64,000 nt of DNA from a virus (Duplodnaviria > Caudoviricetes), in the IMG/VR virus record IMGVR_UViG_3300009540_000001, positions 32,001 to 96,000 of that record; one strand, written 5' to 3'. Positions 20,901 to 29,579 of this stretch are shown here, piece by piece. Position numbers and translations under genes: made by a program. Below the pieces are notes generated by a model, which saw only the letters and a list, made by a program, of their open reading frames with translations, was not told the DNA's origin and did not search any database. The first letter of the stretch is position 1. Every line of letters starts with the position of its first letter.

Positions 20901-21324
20901 GGTTGAGCTCGACCTTCAAGGGGGTCGAGCACGCCGTGATCACAGCCTTGCTCGGAGAGTCGACGGCGCACTTTACGCCGTACACGTACCGGGTCGTGAG
21001 GAACTTGAACGCCGCGTTGCGCTTCTGTACCTCTTGAACCGCGTTCTTCAGGACCTTGCCGCCGTCCTCCTTGAACGAGTAGTGCTGCGTGTCGAACCCC
21101 GGAGTGGCCTTCCCTCCGACGAGGAAGACGCGGGGCGCCGTGGGGACGTCGCCCACGATGACGAGGTCAGCGGTGTTCGAGCCTTCGCCAGAGGGGAAGT
21201 AGTGCGAGCCTCGGTAGGCGGGGCACGCTTCGCAGGCGGGTCCGGCCTTGAGTGCGTTCTCGGGTTTCTCGCAGATTGCGCACTGGAACGCCGGCGGCGG
21301 TTGAGGCAGGGAGAGAGACGCCAT
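17932..21324 (-). CDS. polA: Family A DNA polymerase with N-terminal UDG-like domain and 3'-5' exonuclease
   Basis: Exo motifs CDTET, FNAKYD, YAAVDAD; TSTSRLSS; motif A DAKGAE; motif B RDNIKRLVFGILYG; motif C TVHDS; N-terminal CEAC...GEGSNTADLVIVGDVP. Confidence 0.92.
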   Translation of the reverse strand: MASLSLPQPPPAFQCAICEKPENALKAGPACEACPAYRGSHYFPSGEGSNTADLVIVGDVPTAPRVFLVGGKATPGFDTQHYSFKEDGGKVLKNAVQEVQKRNAAFKFLTTRYVYGVKCAVDSPSKAVITACSTPLKVELNRIAATRRATNPESTLTVLACGVHALHSLGIPVKGEKEALGRVYQNVQFGDAILTVIFTRSIKAIGAAVGKYSSLLADVERAMRLATNSEVLRMPRTEVEKNYIYPKTIEEVRAVVRRIYEYTRPGVSHLDWKITCDTETNTLHPHWDGLQLVAVSFAWDEGQATTIPLWHKETPYDPQAAYEEVCWLLRSGKPIIWFNAKYDFKVFWKKGWPLGDVGKIAWDVYLAEHTLEEDKKGLYSLKYMTKQDFPELSGYEDRLHDELEKQDTTGLTTVEVKVGKVMKLPPAVAEALERAVKGKYVKNASFQLAALEKKIAKLAADPEKASDWADLRVLAHAKKSGEFSGKAEKEAKREQEIKGGFENVSLSEMYFYAAVDADVTRRAAVRQAIRMAEENDRINLWREQIRKEIATAIPGSEIAGRRVEVLCPNPNPLKYLVQEHGVKLQTELAKIEYQGITIDQKYREWGARALETTVGTTTQKVYELCGESFNVNSGRKLVSYLFEDGYKHPDPELAAQIAEENPKTVFYRGGRMFYRPGHYTAKGAVQTGSDVLKHLVQRYKCPLANLLMSLKKADKALNSFFVNIGKLSTMWGDGRLHPGYNITGTSTSRLSSSSGIRGIGFNNQNIPKGLIGALKNSYGELIRNSAGDIVFEGVKCKNLFIPDDPSMCFGNADAKGAEVTVFAGYSGDDALNAALIEGLDAHCFFASRCLNPDLVAAGLTGVDRKLALAKAGIDDDHAWSYEDFYLGKDDKLADKAYGKRLKALRDNIKRLVFGILYGAGIKKIADIAGINLELAEQIQKLLFSEFPTIPTFVEHTTWEMGMFGLVESYTGRRRRFSLGKYAPKSLKSRSERQAVNFMIQETSSTIVLRVLYKIARILEHDYKGRLLLTVHDSIGFQVPRRYAHEMVDLFQQVGTKEVAKENPWLKAPYRWDVELGESYGSVVGAEKFCQGLPPPEPRAELEGFTEEEVFDALRDPDSHDMPEKTKGTTP

Positions 21325-21401
21325 GGGGACCTCGTGCGGCGTCGTCTGACGCCGCGAGTGGTGGGTGGGTATGGGGCATGTGTTCTGCGTGTTATTGGTT
21401 G

Positions 21402-24400
21402 TTAGAAGTTGTTGATGCTTCGCAGACCGGGCGGCCCATCCCCACGCGCGGGCCGCTCATGCTCTACGGGCCGCGCGACGGCGTGCTCGCGGAGGTCGAT
21501 GACGATGTCGTTCATGGTCAGCACCGAGATGTCCGTGCCGCCGCTGTGGATCGAGTAGCCGCGCAGCCAGTCGGTGACTGCCTTTACGTCGTACTGATGC
21601 TCGCGCAGCGCCGCGTGATGCTGATCAAGCTGGTACTTCAACAGCTGCGGGGACGCCTTGTTGAACGCCTCCGACCTGTGAAGGATGCCGTTCGGCGACA
21701 GCAGCGTGATCCAGTCGAAGACCATGTACCCGGTCTCCTCCTGGTAGAACACGCCGCAGAGCGACCCGTTCAGCGCAACCGCGCGCCCGTCCTTTGAGCC
21801 GAGTAGCGCCGCGACCGAGCTCACGCCCGAAGCCCCGACGCGCACGTTGTTCGTGCGGAAGATGGTGTCGAACAGCTGGTTCGCGAGCGTGTTCTTCGCG
21901 TTCGCCTGCAAGCGCGCCTTGCGGGACTCCGCGCACTTGTGCACGAAGGCTCGCCAGTCGCGACCGAGCATCGCCATCACGGCGCCGATCGCGTAGAAGT
22001 TGCGGAGGAACCGCGTGTCGACCGCGTACGAGAACGTCATCGAGGCGGAGGACAACTCCTTCTCGACGATGGCGTAGTGATCCATGTACTCCCGTTGGAA
22101 GCGGAAGGACCCGATGGCGAAGAGGCGCTTGATGCGGCGCATCTTCTCCTCCGGGATGGACTGATGGATGACCGACGCCGGGTCCTTCTTCCCCTCAACC
22201 TTCACGGTCTCGATCGTGTAGCGGCGCGACGCATCCTGCGCGTCGTGCGCGGGGAAGATCGACGACGTCGCGACGTTCGTGCGCACGCGCATCGTGCGCG
22301 TCTGCCCGTCCTGATCGCCGCGCGTGACGACCGCGCCGCCTGGGAAGATGACTTGCCGGAGCAGCTCGTTGACGTTCTGCACCTGCATGGTCTTCATGGT
22401 GTTCATCGCGAGATCGCGCGTGTGCTCGTCCAGGCACATCGCGACGGTCGAAGCGTTGAACCCCTGGTAGATGGACGCCGGGGAGTAGTTCAGCAACCCC
22501 TTCGCCCACGCGCACAGCTGGAGCTGCGGGTACTGCCCGCCGCAGTACAAGCTGAGCAGCGTCGACTTGCCCGACGACATCTGCCCGACGATCTCGATGT
22601 GCGTCGTCGAGGGGCAGTAGTGCGGCGAGCTGTACGTGAACAACGAGTACGCGACGTACTGCGCGTCGAGCTCCGTCGTGAGCGTAGACCAGCCGTCGCG
22701 CACGGCGACTTCGACGTCGTCGATCGCGCGGCCGAGCTCCTCGAGCGTGACCTCGTTGCCGTCCTTCAGATCCGCGACCGACTGAATCTCCGCGCAGAGC
22801 GCGGTCGAGTCCCGGCTGAAGATGTACTTGCCGTCCGAAGGCCCGTCGAGCTTGTGCCACTCGACGTGCCGCGCCCCGTCCGTCGCGAACGTCCCCTTGT
22901 ATACGTGCGGGCCGTTCACGACGTAGAAGAACTGCCCGAAGGCGACGTTCGGGTCGTCGATCAGGTGCGTGCCCTGCCCGAGGAAAGTGCACTCGCTCTT
23001 CGAAGGCACGCCCAGGTAGACCGACTGGAGCGCGATCTTCGCGTACATCGAGAGCACCTTTTGGAGCTCTCGGATGGGTTGACCCACGGGGGTCTGCGTC
23101 TGCGGCAGGAGCCACGCGGGGAGCCCGACGTTGTTGGCGACGAACTCGTGGACGTCGCCGACGACGTTCGACAGCGAGGTGAGAATGCCTTCGCCGTCTG
23201 ACATGCCGAACATGATGGTCCGGTCCGTCGCGCGGTGATGCAGGAAGAGCAAGCCTCCCCGCATCGTGTCCTCCTTGTAGAGGATGTGGAACTCGCGCTT
23301 GTAGAGGTCCACGAAGCGCGAGATGAACCCCGCCTCGTCGTCTTTACTGCGTACGATGAGGCCGCGCACGACGCTGGGGGTCACCCCCAACGCCGCACAG
23401 ATCTTGTCGATGTACTGCGACAGCTGCGCCGCGTCGCGCACGCACTCGCCGAACTTCACGGCGACTGCGGTCTTCTCCCGAGCCTCGTCGGGCGCGATGC
23501 CCGAGGACGCCTCGAGCGCGCGATCCAATGCCCACGCGTCGACCGGGACGAACGTGCGCGAAGCCTCGTCGATCACGAGGCGCTTGAACTGGTCGAAGCC
23601 TCCGAGCTGGATCACGTCGTCCGGGTCCTTGGGAGACCCGGGCGTCAAGCGATCGAGCTCAGCCCAGCCCATGAAGACCCGAGGCGAAATCTCCTGCGCC
23701 GTGAGCAAGCGCCCGCGCAGCCAGACGTCGCCTTTGCCGCGTGTCTCGCTCGGATGATCCGAGAGGATGTTCACCGAGTCGAACCCGGCGGTGCAGAGCT
23801 CGTCCAGCTCGTTGAAGGCGCCGTTCGAGCCGACGAACAGGTGGTTCGTCATCCCCCGGTCGAAGAGGCGTTCCTGGGCCGAGATGGTGTCGTTCTCGCC
23901 CTCCACGAGGTACAGGCGGATCGCCTGCCCCTCAGACGGCGTGAGGCCCCCCAGATGGGGGGCGTAGAGCCCGAAGTACCCCAGCGGTTCCTCCTCCGTG
24001 TAGCCGGGGAGCGTGAGGTAGTTGCCGTCCTTCTCGTCGTCGACGTCGGGGCGGCGAAGGCGAATGCGCGCGGGCGTGCGCATCGTGTGCCCGTTGAAGT
24101 AGGCGACGGTGTTCGTCCACTCCAGACCCACGGGCTCGAGAATGACCTTGGCCCGCGCCAGCACCTTCTCGCGGCGCTCCGGGGAGAGGTGCGTCAACTG
24201 GTAGCGGCGGTAGTCAGCGTCGGAGATCGCAACCAGGCGCTCCATGACGTACCGCTCGACGATGTGTCGGGGCGGGACGATTCCGTACGGCAGCTGCCCC
24301 ATGTACTCAGGCTTGTGCCCGCGTTGACGGAACAACCACTCGAGCACCGGGCCCGCCGCGTGCCGTGTGATCTCGTCGTAGTCCTTCGCGTCCTCTCCGT

Positions 24401-24878
24401 CCCCTTGCGGCGGGGAGAGCAGCTTCAGGCCGTACTGCGAACACGCGTGCAAAAGCGTTTGCAGCGCGAGGGTGTGAATCTCGTACGCCTCGAGCTCTGC
24501 TTCGACCTTCTCGGATACGAGACGGACGCCGGTGACGTTCACCAGCTCCGCCATGCCGTCGCGGTACGAGAGGCCCTTCGAGTCTTGCAGCAGCTGCAAG
24601 ATGTTTCGTGTGAAGTACCCGCACGCCTTGCACTTCACCGTGCCGCGTTGCACGTCGATGAACATCGACGGCGTGTTGTCGATGTGGCCCGTGACGGGCG
24701 TTGCGATGCAGTTGATCTTTACGCCGTACGGGCTGAACTGGACCTGCTGTACGTTCGGAAAGAGCCGCGAGAGCAACGCTTTGAATCGCGGCAGATCGAA
24801 GCGGGTGAGGAGTTTGTTGCCGTCTTTGAGGTTGAACTTGACCGAGCCCGGAGTCCCGGGCGTCGCCTTGCGTGCCAT
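21402..24878 (-). CDS. Primase-helicase fusion (Zn finger + TOPRIM + P-loop NTPase)
   Basis: Likely start MARKATPG at 24878. C...H...CKAC zinc finger; TOPRIM LVEGEND and KDPDD; Walker A GQMSSGKST; Walker B MCLDE. Confidence 0.78.
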   Translation of the reverse strand: MARKATPGTPGSVKFNLKDGNKLLTRFDLPRFKALLSRLFPNVQQVQFSPYGVKINCIATPVTGHIDNTPSMFIDVQRGTVKCKACGYFTRNILQLLQDSKGLSYRDGMAELVNVTGVRLVSEKVEAELEAYEIHTLALQTLLHACSQYGLKLLSPPQGDGEDAKDYDEITRHAAGPVLEWLFRQRGHKPEYMGQLPYGIVPPRHIVERYVMERLVAISDADYRRYQLTHLSPERREKVLARAKVILEPVGLEWTNTVAYFNGHTMRTPARIRLRRPDVDDEKDGNYLTLPGYTEEEPLGYFGLYAPHLGGLTPSEGQAIRLYLVEGENDTISAQERLFDRGMTNHLFVGSNGAFNELDELCTAGFDSVNILSDHPSETRGKGDVWLRGRLLTAQEISPRVFMGWAELDRLTPGSPKDPDDVIQLGGFDQFKRLVIDEASRTFVPVDAWALDRALEASSGIAPDEAREKTAVAVKFGECVRDAAQLSQYIDKICAALGVTPSVVRGLIVRSKDDEAGFISRFVDLYKREFHILYKEDTMRGGLLFLHHRATDRTIMFGMSDGEGILTSLSNVVGDVHEFVANNVGLPAWLLPQTQTPVGQPIRELQKVLSMYAKIALQSVYLGVPSKSECTFLGQGTHLIDDPNVAFGQFFYVVNGPHVYKGTFATDGARHVEWHKLDGPSDGKYIFSRDSTALCAEIQSVADLKDGNEVTLEELGRAIDDVEVAVRDGWSTLTTELDAQYVAYSLFTYSSPHYCPSTTHIEIVGQMSSGKSTLLSLYCGGQYPQLQLCAWAKGLLNYSPASIYQGFNASTVAMCLDEHTRDLAMNTMKTMQVQNVNELLRQVIFPGGAVVTRGDQDGQTRTMRVRTNVATSSIFPAHDAQDASRRYTIETVKVEGKKDPASVIHQSIPEEKMRRIKRLFAIGSFRFQREYMDHYAIVEKELSSASMTFSYAVDTRFLRNFYAIGAVMAMLGRDWRAFVHKCAESRKARLQANAKNTLANQLFDTIFRTNNVRVGASGVSSVAALLGSKDGRAVALNGSLCGVFYQEETGYMVFDWITLLSPNGILHRSEAFNKASPQLLKYQLDQHHAALREHQYDVKAVTDWLRGYSIHSGGTDISVLTMNDIVIDLREHAVARPVEHERPARGDGPPGLRSINNF

Positions 24879-24894
24879 TCGGTCGTGTTTCCTT

Positions 24895-25797
24895 TCAGAC
24901 GTTAACAGACGCCTTCGCGGCGGCCCTGGCTGCTCGCTTGTCGGCCTCGGCCTTGCCCTCGGGGCACGAGCCCGGATACCCACAATAGGAGCACATCCAC
25001 CCGGTCTCAGCCTTGGGCTGGCAGGCCTCCCCGGCGCCGTTCGTGACGGTCGGCAGCTTGCCCACCGCGCGGTTGATGTAGTGGTACATCCAAGGCTCGA
25101 TGCGACGCCGGATGTCGTCCCGCGTCCAGTACCCCTTCTGCTGCTGGGGGTTGTCGAACCAGTCGATCTTCGGCTCCCCGATGTAATTGATGCCGCTCTG
25201 CACCCCACGGATCTCCGGGAAGTTCGCGAGCACCATCAACATGTACACATAGAACTGCTTGGAGTGGTCCCCGATGGCCTTCTTCTTCCCCGACTTGTGG
25301 TCGATGACCACGAGGATGTCCTCTTCCGTCACCCCGCCCAGGTCGAGGACCCCTCGGAAGAACGGATCGGGCAGGTGCGCCTCGTCGGGCTTCTTCGGGT
25401 CTTTGAAGAACGGGGCGTTGCTGTGCTCCGCCGTCATGGCGAGCTTGAACTCGATGAGCTCCTTCTTTACGCCGTACGCCTTCTTGTACGCCTGCCACCG
25501 CTCGATGAAGTCTTCGATCGCGGGCAGGCGGCTCGTCGCTTCGATGGTCTCGTCGCGGGAGAGCTCGTTCTTGTCGATCTGCTCGAAGAGCATCGGGTGC
25601 AAGTCGAGCCCGGGCGTCATCAGCCCCGCCTCGAGCACCGCGTGCAGCGCAACGCCGCTCCGAGCCTCGATGCTCTTCTGCGTCGTCTCCTTGGCCTTCT
25701 GGATGTACTTGAACGCGAACTGCCTCCCGCAGTTCTCGAGGGTGCCGATCTTGGAGTGCGACCATGGGGCGTGAGCCAACGCGAGCGCCGAGTACAT
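24895..25797 (-). CDS. PD-(D/E)XK nuclease, Cas4/RecB-like
   Basis: SHSK...C, RGVLDL, IDHKSG, Q...Y and C-terminal CSYC...C; GGAGG SD. Confidence 0.82.
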   Translation of the reverse strand: MYSALALAHAPWSHSKIGTLENCGRQFAFKYIQKAKETTQKSIEARSGVALHAVLEAGLMTPGLDLHPMLFEQIDKNELSRDETIEATSRLPAIEDFIERWQAYKKAYGVKKELIEFKLAMTAEHSNAPFFKDPKKPDEAHLPDPFFRGVLDLGGVTEEDILVVIDHKSGKKKAIGDHSKQFYVYMLMVLANFPEIRGVQSGINYIGEPKIDWFDNPQQQKGYWTRDDIRRRIEPWMYHYINRAVGKLPTVTNGAGEACQPKAETGWMCSYCGYPGSCPEGKAEADKRAARAAAKASVNV

Positions 25798-25806
25798 AGA
25801 TCCTCC

Positions 25807-25837
25807 GGAACGGGTGGAAACGGGTGGAAACGGGTGG
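25807..25837. repeat. Three tandem 10-bp-period repeats (AACGGGTGG)
   Basis: GGAACGGGTGGAAACGGGTGGAAACGGGTGG immediately upstream of the SD of the minus-strand nuclease gene. Confidence 0.8.
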
Positions 25838-25850
25838 GCTAAAACGAAGC

Positions 25851-25882
25851 GAGGCCCGCGTGTCTTTCGACACGCGGGCCTC
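25851..25882 (-). terminator. Perfect 14-bp hairpin, probable terminator
   Basis: GAGGCCCGCGTGTC-TTTC-GACACGCGGGCCTC; minus-strand loop GAAA, then GCTTCGTTTT. Confidence 0.65.
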
Positions 25883-25901
25883 TCGGAGGGTCGTCAGAGG
25901 G

Positions 25902-27104
25902 TCACAGATTCCCGCTGACGTCCTTCTTGGCAGCCTGCGTCGCTGCCGCCGCCGGGCCTGCGCCCGGGGCTGCTGCGCCGCCCGCGCCGCCGACCTTCTT
26001 CAGGAGGTCGTCCATGTCCGCCGTCGTGCCCTGCGTCTGGGACATCTTCGGCTCGGTCGTGTAGGTGCGGTACAGCGCGGGGTAGTAGATCTGGAAGTCG
26101 ATCTGACGCGCCAGGATGTTGAGCACCTCCGTCTGCTCCGGCGTCGGGTCCGGCGCCGAGGAGACGTTGGCGTTGAGCTCGAACCAGCGGTTCGTGCCCT
26201 GGGTCTCGGGGCGCGCGTCGAGGTCGAAGGCGTGCGCGTAGTACGCCGGCCACGACTTGGACTTCGTCTTGATCGCCCGAGAGCCGGGCTTCATCGACGT
26301 GCCCTTGAAGACGATCCGGTAGACACCGGAGAAGTCGGCCAAGACCACGTACACGTGGTCTTCGTTGCTGCAAGCGTCCCTGTTGAGCTTGCCGTCCTTG
26401 AAGGCGACGTACGCGCAGGCCTTGCAGCTGCCGAAGTAGTCGCCGCGTTCTCGGTCGATCGACCGGCAGATCGGAGAGCCGTTGCGGATCACCACGCCCT
26501 CGGGCGGGGGCCCGTTGCGCGGCGGCCAGAAGGTCGCAGCCTCGTGCACGCCGATGACGTAGCCCGAGAGGACTTCCTTCAAGTCCTTGTACTTCGGGTT
26601 GAAGCGCAGGTTCGCGAGCGCCTCCTTCGGCGCGGCGAGCACGCGCCCGTCGTTCGAGTAGATGCCGCCCGTGGGGCAGTCGGCGGGGCGCTGCTCGTCC
26701 GGTCCGGTCCCGTGGAAGACGCGGATGTCCGGCAGGGTGAAGTCGCGCTTCGCGGTGTGCTGCCCGATCTTGACCGGGTTCATACGCGCGAAGGCGTCGA
26801 TCATCGCGGCCTTGTTGGCAGCGGGGAGCGCGGCGATGGCGTCCGTGAGCTCGTCTGCCGTGGGCGGCGAGACTTGGGAGAGGTACTGCGCGTGCGGCGG
26901 CAACGCAGCTTGGTACTTCTTCACCAGCGCGCTCGCGGAGACCAGCTCCGAGGGCGCCTCAGTCGTCGTTGCGAGCGCCGTCTCGGGAGCGGCTTCCGTC
27001 GCCGCAGCCTCGGTCACCGGTGCTTCGGTCGTAGCCGCTTCAGCGGCGGGCGTCGGAGTCGCGGTCGGCGTCGTCGTGGTGTTCTGCTTGTTCTGCTTGC
27101 TCAT
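25902..27104 (-). CDS. Putative ssDNA-binding/recombination protein
   Basis: 400 aa in the replication block; C...CxxC...C cluster, low-complexity termini, strong SD and strongly biased codons. Function inferred from context. Confidence 0.4.
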   Translation of the reverse strand: MSKQNKQNTTTTPTATPTPAAEAATTEAPVTEAAATEAAPETALATTTEAPSELVSASALVKKYQAALPPHAQYLSQVSPPTADELTDAIAALPAANKAAMIDAFARMNPVKIGQHTAKRDFTLPDIRVFHGTGPDEQRPADCPTGGIYSNDGRVLAAPKEALANLRFNPKYKDLKEVLSGYVIGVHEAATFWPPRNGPPPEGVVIRNGSPICRSIDRERGDYFGSCKACAYVAFKDGKLNRDACSNEDHVYVVLADFSGVYRIVFKGTSMKPGSRAIKTKSKSWPAYYAHAFDLDARPETQGTNRWFELNANVSSAPDPTPEQTEVLNILARQIDFQIYYPALYRTYTTEPKMSQTQGTTADMDDLLKKVGGAGGAAAPGAGPAAAATQAAKKDVSGNL

Positions 27105-27190
27105 GTTTTCCTCGCTGATTCGCAGGACTTTCAGCTGCGAACCAGAATCAGGTTGTACGATAGGGGCTGGGGGATGTAAAGCTTTGGCTC

Positions 27191-27976
27191 GTGGCGAAGT
27201 CCTCGAGTGATCCCCTAATTGATCGGTACTTCCTAGAAGTTTCTCGGTACCCGTTACCGACCCGGGAAGAAGAGGTCGCGAACTTTACGGCGTACCGAAT
27301 CGCCCGACAGGCCTCGGACCTCGCGTGCACCGTCGCGCTGCGCGAGCGGCACGCGGCGACCGCTGAGGCGCTCGCGAAGAAGATCGCGTGCGGATACCTG
27401 CGGTTCGTCGTCGACCGCGCCAAGAAGCGCACGCGGTCGCCCGAGCTGATGCTCGAGCTGGTGGGGGAAGGCAACGTCGGCCTCATGCGGGCCGTCGAGA
27501 AGTTCGAGCTCTCCTTTCAGGTTCGGTTCCTGACGTACGCGAACAACTGGGTGAACGTCCATATCCAAGAGCATCTGTACAAGCTCAAGGTCGTGAACGT
27601 ACCCAGCCACACGCGCAAGGAGTCGAAGAAGAAGAAGATCCCGCTCGACGACTTGAGCTTCGCCTCCGTTGAGAACGTCGTGGTTCCGAGCGACGTAGAC
27701 GTCGCCCGCGACGTGATCTCGAAGAACGTCGACGCGCTCGCGCTGTTGGCGCAAGCGCAGCTGACGCCGCTCGAGAAGCTGGTGCTGATCTACACCTACG
27801 GGCTGCGGGGCGGAGAACCCCTCGAGCCCGAGGCGGTGTCCCAGGTCATCTACGGCATCGACGGGACGCAGATGACGCGGGCGCGGTACGACGAGACGCA
27901 CACGCGCGCGCTGGGGGCGCTGAAGGAACACTTGAAAGGCGAGGACATCGGCACCTTGGCCGACATCCTCGCCTGA
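27191..27976 (+). CDS. Sigma-70 family RNA polymerase sigma factor
   Basis: Region 1.2 YFLEVSRYPLPTREEE; region 2 LRFVV...ELVGEGNVGLMRAVEKF...RFLTYANNW; region 4 LTPLEKLVL...YGL...RALGALK. Confidence 0.88.
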   Translation: MAKSSSDPLIDRYFLEVSRYPLPTREEEVANFTAYRIARQASDLACTVALRERHAATAEALAKKIACGYLRFVVDRAKKRTRSPELMLELVGEGNVGLMRAVEKFELSFQVRFLTYANNWVNVHIQEHLYKLKVVNVPSHTRKESKKKKIPLDDLSFASVENVVVPSDVDVARDVISKNVDALALLAQAQLTPLEKLVLIYTYGLRGGEPLEPEAVSQVIYGIDGTQMTRARYDETHTRALGALKEHLKGEDIGTLADILA

Positions 27977-28001
27977 TCAAGTCGGCCCTACGGCGTAAAG
28001 G

Positions 28002-29081
28002 CTACTCGTCGTCGCCTTCCTTCTTCCCGCCGCGCAGCCCCGCGAACTGCAACATGCCGTCGACCTGGCCCTTCAGGTACTGGCGGCGCTCTTCGGTCGT
28101 GGACTCGCTGGCCTTGGCCTTGGCGAACTTCACGCGCGCTGCGTTGAGCAAGTCCGCCATGTCGGGCTTCTTGAGCGGCGTGAAGTCCGCCGCCTTGATC
28201 TCGTCGGGGAGCTTCAGCTTCGCCGCCCCGCCGCGCGCCGGCTTCTCCTTGCCCGCCGCCTGCTGCTTGGCGACGTGCACATCAATCAAGTTCTTCAGGT
28301 CCTTCGGGCTCATCTTCTCGTCGACGGCCTTCGTCGCGAAGGCCACTTGCAGCTCGGGGTCCGAGATGCGCTTGAGCTCGCGGATCACGGTGATCGAGCC
28401 CGACTTGAACGGCTCGTGAGCGGCCTTGCGGACCATCTCCTGAACCCTCTCGTCGAGCTTGCCGATCGCCATGTACTGGCTGACGAACCCCTCGGACTTC
28501 TTCACCTGCTCGGTGAGCTTGCCCTGGGGGATGCCCGCCGTCATGAGGTTCTTCATGAACGTGTAGATGTCCCATGGGGACATGTTCTCGCGCTGGAGGT
28601 TCTCGGTGCCCGCCGCGAGCAGGTACTCCTGCATGTTGGCGATGCGCCGGACCTTGCAGTTGATGACCTTGAGCCCGGCCTTGTCGGCGGCCTCACGCCG
28701 GCGGCGCCCCGCCACCGCGAGCCAGCCCACGGCGCCCGTCTTGCGGTTGCGCGCGTAGGTCGCCAGCGGGTCTTGGAAGAGCCCGTTGGTCTTCACCGAT
28801 TCGATCATGTCCTCGTCGGCCGACAAGGGTTGTGATCGCGCGTCGACCTTCGAGACCCAGAGGGCCTTCGGAGAGATCTCGACGACGGGGGCGTCCTTGA
28901 ACTCCTCGGGGAGGTCGATGAACTCGTACTCGAAGCCGAGCGCCTTGGCGATCTCGGTCTCCTTATCTGCCGCGCTGAGAGGCGCCCGCGCGACCGGCGC
29001 GGAGGGGGCGGCCTTGTCCTTGCTCTTGGCCTTGGGCTTGTTGGTGGTGTTCTCGGTGTTCTGCGTGTTCTCGATGGTCAT
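28002..29081 (-). CDS. parB: ParB/Spo0J-family DNA-binding protein
   Basis: SVKTNGLFQDP, VAGRRRREA (GxRR CTP-binding box), ENLQRENMSPWD, followed by an HTH-like segment. Confidence 0.85.
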   Translation of the reverse strand: MTIENTQNTENTTNKPKAKSKDKAAPSAPVARAPLSAADKETEIAKALGFEYEFIDLPEEFKDAPVVEISPKALWVSKVDARSQPLSADEDMIESVKTNGLFQDPLATYARNRKTGAVGWLAVAGRRRREAADKAGLKVINCKVRRIANMQEYLLAAGTENLQRENMSPWDIYTFMKNLMTAGIPQGKLTEQVKKSEGFVSQYMAIGKLDERVQEMVRKAAHEPFKSGSITVIRELKRISDPELQVAFATKAVDEKMSPKDLKNLIDVHVAKQQAAGKEKPARGGAAKLKLPDEIKAADFTPLKKPDMADLLNAARVKFAKAKASESTTEERRQYLKGQVDGMLQFAGLRGGKKEGDDE

Positions 29082-29430
29082 TCGCGGCTCCGTACTCGAC
29101 GGTGTCGAGTTGGACTAGCTCGCCCTTGACGATCCTCTTGATCGCCGAAAGAACGAGCGTCTGGTTGATTAGCTGGACGGGTAACGTACTGACACTACCG
29201 CCCTCCAGCAAGTGGCGATAGCACCTCCACATCTCCACCGCCGCCGACTGCTCCGGCACAGGCGAGGTGAAGTAAGCGATGAATAAGTAGTTGACTACCC
29301 GCTTGTGGATCTTCGGGTCGAAAAGAACGTGGGCCTCATCTGCTACCGCTCGAAGGGCGCTGTCCCGCAGTTGGGACACTTCACGGAGCGTGTCGCTGTC
29401 GAGACCAGGCTTGCGTTGCACAGGGGGCAT
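28963..29430 (-). CDS. Possible hypothetical protein (overlaps both neighbours)
   Basis: 155-aa ORF filling the gap upstream of parB; AT-richer; boundaries uncertain. Confidence 0.3.
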   Translation of the reverse strand: MPPVQRKPGLDSDTLREVSQLRDSALRAVADEAHVLFDPKIHKRVVNYLFIAYFTSPVPEQSAAVEMWRCYRHLLEGGSVSTLPVQLINQTLVLSAIKRIVKGELVQLDTVEYGAANDHREHAEHREHHQQAQGQEQGQGRPLRAGRAGASQRGR

Positions 29431-29534
29431 TGGGGAAGTGTTGCCATATCCCCTCTACGCCGTAAAGCCTCCGAAGCGGACTCTTCTACCAGTTCTTCCG
29501 GCGTTTTTGTGACGACGCCCAGCTTCTCGCCCAT
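29343..29534 (-). CDS. Small zinc-ribbon protein
   Basis: CPLC...CPNCG in 63 aa. Confidence 0.5.
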   Translation of the reverse strand: MGEKLGVVTKTPEELVEESASEALRRRGDMATLPQCPLCNASLVSTATRSVKCPNCGTAPFER

Positions 29535-29579
29535 GGGGGAAGGCTTACGCCTTTCCCCAGGGAAAGTCCAGGGTGTACG

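Noticed and set aside
24879-25208. ORF-track N-terminal extensions of the primase-helicase, SNF2 helicase (to 33840), RNAP (35201) and 49863 ORF
   Set aside because: They overlap real neighbouring genes or intergenic signals; downstream starts fit better.
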